Shown: positions 15,797 to 21,585 of the stretch, piece by piece
Position numbering within the stretch: the stretch's first letter is position 1
Layout of the letters: every line of letters starts with the position of its first letter
DNA from: Elusimicrobiota bacterium
Lineage (GTDB): Bacteria > Elusimicrobiota > Elusimicrobia > Elusimicrobiales > UBA9959
Direction of reading: 5' to 3'
Assembly: GCA_037137395.1 (NCBI GenBank)
Contig: JBAXKK010000042.1
Location: 1 to 21,585, forward strand
DNA: 21,585 bases
Notes under the pieces: model-generated
Database searches by the model: none
Seen by the model: the letters and a program-made list of their open reading frames with translations, nothing else
What the model was told of the DNA's origin: nothing
Translations under genes and position numbers: made by a program

Positions 15797-16900
15797 ATGC
15801 CAAACGACTACAGCGGCGACCAGCGCACAGTCCTGACCCTTGACGCGGGCGGGACCAACCTCGTATTTTCCGCCATCCGCTCCAACAAACCGGTTATTGA
15901 ACCCATAACGCTTCCGTCCGTCGCCGAAAATCTGACCGGCTGTCTGACGCAAATCGTGAACGGATTTGAGCGTGTAAAAGAGCGTCTGCCGGCCCCGCCG
16001 GTGGCTATAAGTTTCGCGTTCCCCGGCCCGGCCGATTATCCGGCTGGCATCATCGGAGATCTGCCAAACATGTCGGCGTTCCGCGGCGGCGTGGCCCTCG
16101 GTCCAATGCTGGAAGAAAAATTTAAGATCCCGGTCTTTATCAATAACGACGGGGATCTGTTCGCGTACGGAGAGGCGATTGCCGGTTTCCTCCCCCGCGT
16201 GAATGAGCAGCTGGCGAAGGCGGGTAGTTCTAAGCGATACAATAATCTATTCGGCGTAACGCTTGGCACCGGCTTCGGTGGCGGCATCGCGCGCGCCGGC
16301 GAATTATGCCTCGGCGACAACGCTGCCGGCGGAGAGGCCTGGCTGCTGCGCAATAAGCTTGAGCCCGGCGTCAACGCCGAAGAGGGCTGCTGCATTCGCG
16401 CGGTGCGGCGGGTTTACGCCCAACAGGCCGGTATAGCTCCGGAGCAGGCTCCTGAGCCTAAGACAATTTACGATATAGGTATGGGCGCGGCCCCGGGCAA
16501 CCGCGCGGCGGCGCGGGAAGCGTTCCGCCGGCTTGGCGAAGTTGCCGGTGACGCTATAGCCCAGGCATTGACGCTGCTGGACGGCCTGGCGGTTATTGGC
16601 GGCGGAGTGTCCGGCGCGAGCCGGCTCTTTCTTCCGCCGCTGGTGGACGCGATCAATGATTTTTATCACAAACCCGGAGGCCCGCAGCGGCGCCTGATTG
16701 CCAGAGCGTTTAATTTTGAAGATCCAGCGCAGCGGGAGCAGTTTATAAAGGGAGAAACGCGGGTTATCACAGTTCCGGGCTCTTCCCGGCAGGTTGAATA
16801 CGATCCGATGCAGCGAACCGCGGTCGGGATATCCTGCCTGGGTACCAGCGAAGCCGTTGCCATAGGCGCCTACGCCTTCGCGCTGAAAAAACTTTCCTAA
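15797..16900 (+). CDS. ROK family sugar kinase (probable mannose/hexose kinase)
   Basis: LTLDAGGTN, FPGPADY, PVFINNDGDLFAYGE, GVTLGTGFGGG, IGGGVS, AIGA. No N-terminal HTH. Start set at ATG 15797 (GAGGG upstream). Confidence 0.88.
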   Translation: MPNDYSGDQRTVLTLDAGGTNLVFSAIRSNKPVIEPITLPSVAENLTGCLTQIVNGFERVKERLPAPPVAISFAFPGPADYPAGIIGDLPNMSAFRGGVALGPMLEEKFKIPVFINNDGDLFAYGEAIAGFLPRVNEQLAKAGSSKRYNNLFGVTLGTGFGGGIARAGELCLGDNAAGGEAWLLRNKLEPGVNAEEGCCIRAVRRVYAQQAGIAPEQAPEPKTIYDIGMGAAPGNRAAAREAFRRLGEVAGDAIAQALTLLDGLAVIGGGVSGASRLFLPPLVDAINDFYHKPGGPQRRLIARAFNFEDPAQREQFIKGETRVITVPGSSRQVEYDPMQRTAVGISCLGTSEAVAIGAYAFALKKLS

Positions 16901-16936
16901 AAAACTAATTATTACCCTTAACGGAGGATCATTAAA

Positions 16937-18529
16937 GTGTTAAAACCCGTCTTCATCAATTACGAACCCAAACCTTTAAAGTTCGGAACCAGCGGCCTTC
17001 GCGCCAATGTGGAGGATATGACCGACCTTGAGGTCTATATCAACACGAAGGGCTGCCTGCTTTATCTTTCGGGCGCGGGTGAGATAAAAAAGGGCGATGC
17101 GATAGCCGTCGGAGGAGACCTGCGCCCGAGTACGGAGCGTCTGATGAAGGCCGTCGTGCGCGCTATTGAAGATTCCGGGCTCAAAGCCGTGAACCTCGGC
17201 CCGCTGCCCACCCCGGCGCTGACTTATTACGCTATGCAGAAAAAGCAGGCCAGCGTGATGGTCACCGGCTCTCACATCCCTTTCCACATGAACGGCATTA
17301 AGTACAACAAAGCGGCGGGTGAAGTTTTGAAATCGGACGAGCCCGGGATACTCGCGGCCGTTTCACGGGTGCGGAGCGAGGAATATGCCCGTGACGCCTT
17401 CGGGACCATATTTGATAGCGACGGCGCCCTTAAGCGTGACGAACAGCGGGACCTGCCTTTTGCAAGCGTTGAGGGGACGGAAATGTATGTCCGGCGCTAC
17501 TCGGATGTTTTTCCGCCTGACGCTCTAAAGGGCGTGAGGGTTCTCTATTACCAGCATTCCGCCGTCGGGCGCGATCTGGTGCCGCGCATTATCGAGAAGT
17601 TGGGCTGCAAGGTGGACCGCGCTGGGAGAAGCGAGAAATTTATCGCGATAGACACGGAAGATATCACGGCCGTACAGCTTGAGACTCTGCAGAATATGGC
17701 GGACGAAGAGGGGGAAAAGAACGGCGTTAAATACGACGCTCTCGTTTCCACCGATGGAGATTCAGACCGGCCGCTGGTGTGCGGGATTACGGACGGCAAG
17801 GTGAAGTTTTTTGGAGGGGATCTGCTCGGCGCCGTGGTCGCGGAGTTTTTGGGAGCGAATGTCGCGGCTGTTCCGGTAAGCGCCAATAGCGCCGTGGATG
17901 TCCATTTAAAAAATCTCGGCATCGAGACCGTCAAAACGCGCATCGGTTCGCCTTATGTCATCCAGGCCATGAAAGACGCTGAGAAGATATTTCCGGGGAA
18001 GATCATCGTCTCCTGGGAAGCGAACGGCGGCTTTTTGACCGGGACTGACATAGCGATCTGCGGGAAAGTTTTAAAGGCGCTTCCGACGCGCGACCCCCTG
18101 CTTCCAATTTTGTCAGTGCTGGTGTCGGCCCGTGCGAAAGGAATATCACTGGCGGAACTTTTTAACCGGTTGCCTAAACGTTTCGGCAAAGCGGGATTAA
18201 TAGATAATTTCCCACTGGAAGCAAGTGGAGAGATAGTTAAGCGCTTTTCCGCGGCCAACCCGGCCGGAAAGGAGGCTGTATTTCGGGAGCTGGAGAAGTT
18301 TTTTTCAAGGGAGCGGGGTTTCGGCAATGTGACGGACATGAACACCGTTGACGGTATCCGGATATTTTTTTCTAACGGCGACATCGCGCACATCCGCCCT
18401 TCCGGCAACGCCCCGCAGATGAGGATATACTCCAACGCCGACACGCAGGATCGCGCGAACGAGATAGTGAATATGGGAATTTCCGAGCCGGACGGGATAC
18501 TCAGGGAATTGGAGAAATTCGTGAAGTAA
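16937..18529 (+). CDS. manB: Phosphomannomutase (alpha-D-phosphohexomutase)
   Basis: FGTSGLR, phosphoserine loop MVTGSHIP, metal loop DGDSDRP, sugar loop WEANGG, HIRPSGNAP. GTG start with GGAGG RBS. Confidence 0.9.
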   Translation: MLKPVFINYEPKPLKFGTSGLRANVEDMTDLEVYINTKGCLLYLSGAGEIKKGDAIAVGGDLRPSTERLMKAVVRAIEDSGLKAVNLGPLPTPALTYYAMQKKQASVMVTGSHIPFHMNGIKYNKAAGEVLKSDEPGILAAVSRVRSEEYARDAFGTIFDSDGALKRDEQRDLPFASVEGTEMYVRRYSDVFPPDALKGVRVLYYQHSAVGRDLVPRIIEKLGCKVDRAGRSEKFIAIDTEDITAVQLETLQNMADEEGEKNGVKYDALVSTDGDSDRPLVCGITDGKVKFFGGDLLGAVVAEFLGANVAAVPVSANSAVDVHLKNLGIETVKTRIGSPYVIQAMKDAEKIFPGKIIVSWEANGGFLTGTDIAICGKVLKALPTRDPLLPILSVLVSARAKGISLAELFNRLPKRFGKAGLIDNFPLEASGEIVKRFSAANPAGKEAVFRELEKFFSRERGFGNVTDMNTVDGIRIFFSNGDIAHIRPSGNAPQMRIYSNADTQDRANEIVNMGISEPDGILRELEKFVK

Positions 18530-18592
18530 ACACGGATGGCGCTTCCGCTTCCGGCCCCGGCAATTGGCCCGGTTTTGAACCCCTTAAGGCCC

Positions 18593-18621
18593 TTGACAAA
18601 ATCAGTCTTTCCTTTTATCCT
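18593..18621 (+). promoter_or_regulatory. sigma70 promoter of the TPR-kinase gene
   Basis: TTGACA-17 nt-TATCCT, 38 nt upstream of ATG 18660. Confidence 0.65.
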
Positions 18622-18659
18622 ATAAACAGGAAATATAGTCCTGTAAAAGCGCAAACTAT

Positions 18660-21152
18660 ATGATTAATCCGCTCTCCGGACTCCGCGTTGCTTTATTCTT
18701 CCTGTTGTTTGCGGGAGGTTCCGCTTTTTGCGGGGAAATTGGCGGCGAAAAGACTAATGCCGGTTCCGCCATTTCCGTTTCGCCAGCTATCCCGATCCCG
18801 CAGCAGCCTGCCGCCGCCAATTCCTACCAGCCGGAAGCGACCCATGGTTCGTACCGGGGGGATTACAGAACTTTCAGGGATAATGATTACAATCATCCGG
18901 ATACTTCAGCCCAGGCTCTGATAAGACTGCTTGATAGGATGCATCCGGAGAAGCGCCGAGAATTTACTTCGCGCCATAGTGGTTCTATTGCCAGGATGGT
19001 GTCGCGTCTGGAGCTGGCATACGATTCCGGCAGAGTGGGCGCGGATGACTACGCCGGCATCACTTCAGGCCTTGGCGCTTTCCGCATAAACACGTTCAAA
19101 AGGCGTGAAGGTATGAAGGATTGGAAGGATCGAAAGACGGGGGCGGATAAAAATTCTTTCGACGACATCCTGGACGCCAGGAGAGTTTTGGATTCCGGAG
19201 ACAGAAATGAAGCGGCCGCCGCTTTGAAGGCGCTTAAAGATGGGTATCCAGATGATTCCGGCGTGCAGTCCGCGGTCGCGCAGTATTACAACGAGATTGA
19301 AGATTATGGTATGGCCGATAAAGCCGCCACCGACGCCATCAGTTTGGACCCCGGCAATCCTGACTCGTATAAGACCCGCGCGCTCGCCAGGGCCGCGCTG
19401 CAGGATCGAAAGGGGGCGATAGAAGATATCCGGAAGGCCATGGAGATGGACCCCCAGGACGAATCCGCCAAGATTCTTTCCGCGCTGGTGGACAGCAAAA
19501 AAGAAGTGACCGGACTTAAATCTCTTTCTTCGCTGGAGGAGATGCGCAAAAATATCAGCACAGTCGAGATCGCGGGCGCTATCAAGACAGAATCCGTGGC
19601 CGCGGAGAGTTCTCCCGCGGAGCAGGTTAGTGCGGCAGTCTCCCAGCCCACGGATCATGTGCGGTCCAATGTGTACCTCAAAACGGCCTCTTCTAAGAGC
19701 CGGCTGGGCGATTACGAAGCGGCTCTGAAATACGCCGCTCTGGCCATAGGAAATAACCCGTCGAGCCTTGAGGCCTATCTTGAAAGGGCTAACGCTTATA
19801 ATTTTCTCGGACGCTACGACGAAGCCGTGAGGGACACGACTTATGTTATCGGGCGCGACCCCGCCAGCGCGCAGGCTTTGAATATGCGCGCCTGGGCTTT
19901 GAACAGAAAGGGCCTGTCGAAGGAGGCTGAAGCCGACGCCAATAAAGCTATAGGCATTAACCCCGATTTCGCGGACGCCTGGTTTAACCGCGCTCTGGCC
20001 TACGAAAAGCAGGGCAATTACAAGCAGATGCTTGAAGACTTCCGCCAGGCCGCTTCTTTAAACCTCGCCTATGGCGCCCGTTTTCAGGACGCCGTGGCCC
20101 AGTACTCCAGCCGCGTTTCTGATTTTTCCTACGGCAAAGGGGCCACGGAATACGCCGGCGGTGAAGTTGCCGAGGGCGACGCCGCCAAGCCCGGTTCCAG
20201 AACAAAACGTTTTGTTATACTGCTGATATTCACCATAACGGGAGGCTTGCTGGTGGCTTTGGGGCTGCTGCATATCGTTACTTCCGCAAGGGAAAAGTCC
20301 GGTGCGGCCGGCAAGCAGACGCACCCGAATATGCTTACCCCGTCTATCTTTTATGAGGGCGTTGCAACCGGGAAGTATAAAATTGAGCGTAAGATAGGTT
20401 CGGGGGGAATGGGCGTAGTATATGAGGCCGTGGATCAGTCGTTGGGGCGGACCGTGGCGATAAAAAAAATGAATGAGGAGATTCGGGTGGATGATCGGGA
20501 AAAGCAGCGCTTCCTGGAAGAGGCCCGCACCGTGGCTCTCCTTCATCACCCCAATATTGTTGAGATACACACTATTTTTGAGGAAGAGGGTAATATCTAT
20601 CTGGTTTTTGAGTATGTGAACGGCGTTACTCTGGACAAAATGCTTGATAAAGAAGTTCAGCTGCCCTTCGACAGGGCGCGCGTAATCCTGGACGAGGCGG
20701 CTAAGGCCCTTTCCTACGCCCATTCAAAAGATGTTTTACACCGGGATCTAAAACTGTCCAATATTATGATCTCTTCTGATGGCGAGATAAAGGTTATGGA
20801 TTTCGGCCTCGCCCGGCAGGCGCGTGAGGCCCGGAGCCGCGTCTCCACCCGCGAAGTCGTGGGCAGTCCGGCATATATGTCGCCGGAGCAGGACCTGGGC
20901 GTTTCGTCTAAAGAGTCAGATATTTACTCGCTCGGCGTCTGTCTCTACGAAATTCTGACGGGTGGTTTGCCTTTCAAGGGACCTGATTTTCATTACCAGA
21001 AGGAGCGTGAACTCTATCAACCTGCCAGCGCCGCCGTTCCCGGCCTTCCCAAGGCAGTTGATGGGTTTATCGCCAAAGCTTTGTCTCCGGATCAGGGAAA
21101 CAGGTTCAAGACGGCTGATGAATTCCGCGAAGCCCTGATGAGCATTATTTAA
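18660..21152 (+). CDS. Membrane receptor-like Ser/Thr protein kinase: signal peptide, TPR repeats, one TM helix, C-terminal Hanks kinase
   Basis: TPRs (AISLDPGNPDSYKTRALAR, AYLERANAYNFLGRYDEA, AIGINPDFADAWFNRALAYEKQG); TM FVILLIFTITGGLLVALGLLHIV; kinase motifs IGSGGMGVVY, VAIK, HRDLKLSN, DFG, GSPAYMSPE, DIYSLG. Confidence 0.93.
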   Translation: MINPLSGLRVALFFLLFAGGSAFCGEIGGEKTNAGSAISVSPAIPIPQQPAAANSYQPEATHGSYRGDYRTFRDNDYNHPDTSAQALIRLLDRMHPEKRREFTSRHSGSIARMVSRLELAYDSGRVGADDYAGITSGLGAFRINTFKRREGMKDWKDRKTGADKNSFDDILDARRVLDSGDRNEAAAALKALKDGYPDDSGVQSAVAQYYNEIEDYGMADKAATDAISLDPGNPDSYKTRALARAALQDRKGAIEDIRKAMEMDPQDESAKILSALVDSKKEVTGLKSLSSLEEMRKNISTVEIAGAIKTESVAAESSPAEQVSAAVSQPTDHVRSNVYLKTASSKSRLGDYEAALKYAALAIGNNPSSLEAYLERANAYNFLGRYDEAVRDTTYVIGRDPASAQALNMRAWALNRKGLSKEAEADANKAIGINPDFADAWFNRALAYEKQGNYKQMLEDFRQAASLNLAYGARFQDAVAQYSSRVSDFSYGKGATEYAGGEVAEGDAAKPGSRTKRFVILLIFTITGGLLVALGLLHIVTSAREKSGAAGKQTHPNMLTPSIFYEGVATGKYKIERKIGSGGMGVVYEAVDQSLGRTVAIKKMNEEIRVDDREKQRFLEEARTVALLHHPNIVEIHTIFEEEGNIYLVFEYVNGVTLDKMLDKEVQLPFDRARVILDEAAKALSYAHSKDVLHRDLKLSNIMISSDGEIKVMDFGLARQAREARSRVSTREVVGSPAYMSPEQDLGVSSKESDIYSLGVCLYEILTGGLPFKGPDFHYQKERELYQPASAAVPGLPKAVDGFIAKALSPDQGNRFKTADEFREALMSII

Positions 21153-21161
21153 TACACCCAA

Positions 21162-21585
21162 ATGAAAAACCGCAACCACGCTGTTTCGTCTATGCTGTCG
21201 GCTTTGATTTCGGCGCTTGTTTTTTCTGCCGCCGTCTGCTCCGCCGAAGGAATCGTTAAAGATACGGACAAACCAAACGGTGGGGCAGAAATGGAATCAG
21301 CCTCCGTAGTAAGCGCCGTTTCCCAAACTCTGCCCCCGGTGGGTTCAACTTCCGTTTTTTCCCTGGGCGCCCTGGTTGACGACAAGTATGACCGCGGTAT
21401 AGCCCTTATGTATCGCCTGGAATTTGATAAGGCTGAAGAGCAATTTAGGAGTATAATACAGGTTGATACGGCCAACCCCGCCGGATATTTCGCTCTGGCC
21501 GCGCTCTCCTGGTGGCGCTATTCACAGAACTTTGACGTGCAGGCGGATTTTAAAGACCTTGAAGACGAGTTCATGCGGAACGCTG
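21162..21585 (+). CDS. Secreted TPR-like protein, 3'-truncated by the window edge
   Basis: Open frame from ATG 21162 to the end (absent from the ORF track because no stop is reached): MKNRNHAVSSMLSALISALVFSAAVCSA...DRGIALMYRLEFDKAEEQFRSIIQVDTANPAGYFALAALSWW. It starts 9 nt after the kinase stop. Confidence 0.8.
   Translation, partial: MKNRNHAVSSMLSALISALVFSAAVCSAEGIVKDTDKPNGGAEMESASVVSAVSQTLPPVGSTSVFSLGALVDDKYDRGIALMYRLEFDKAEEQFRSIIQVDTANPAGYFALAALSWWRYSQNFDVQADFKDLEDEFMRNA

Noticed and set aside
17953..20723. Long antisense ORFs (233, 197 and 221 aa) and similar shadows elsewhere
   Set aside because: They lie opposite well-supported genes in GC-rich DNA and show no protein motifs.
21149..21475. 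Minus-strand 108-aa ORF
   Set aside because: It is the shadow of the + strand signal-peptide TPR gene starting at 21162.

Overview
Gene-dense, GC-rich bacterial window with no rRNA, tRNA, CRISPR array or transposase. The style of the FN3 surface protein and the TPR-kinase suggests a diderm lineage such as Elusimicrobiota (inference only). In order it holds: (1) a 1227-aa secreted protein with about 10 FN3-like repeats, a ZU5/GPS-like domain and a T9SS/FlgD-type C-terminal domain; (2) a divergent DUF4185/GH183-like secreted beta-propeller; (3) buk-ptb and a SEC-C motif protein ending at a bidirectional terminator; (4) an unknown secreted beta-rich protein and a structured intergenic element; (5) a ~9.5 kb divergent cluster with a cupin PMI-like protein, a GH130 phosphorylase, a CUT1 sugar ABC importer, a stand-alone six-hairpin glycosidase-like protein, a ROK kinase and a phosphomannomutase, which together form a plausible complete mannoside uptake and phosphorolysis pathway; (6) a receptor-like TPR-TM-Ser/Thr kinase and a truncated secreted TPR protein. 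The best novelty candidates are the mannoside cluster with its GT4-less six-hairpin enzyme and the putative autoproteolytic HL/S site just ahead of the C-terminal sorting domain of the FN3 protein. All family calls come from motif recognition by eye; no database searches were run.
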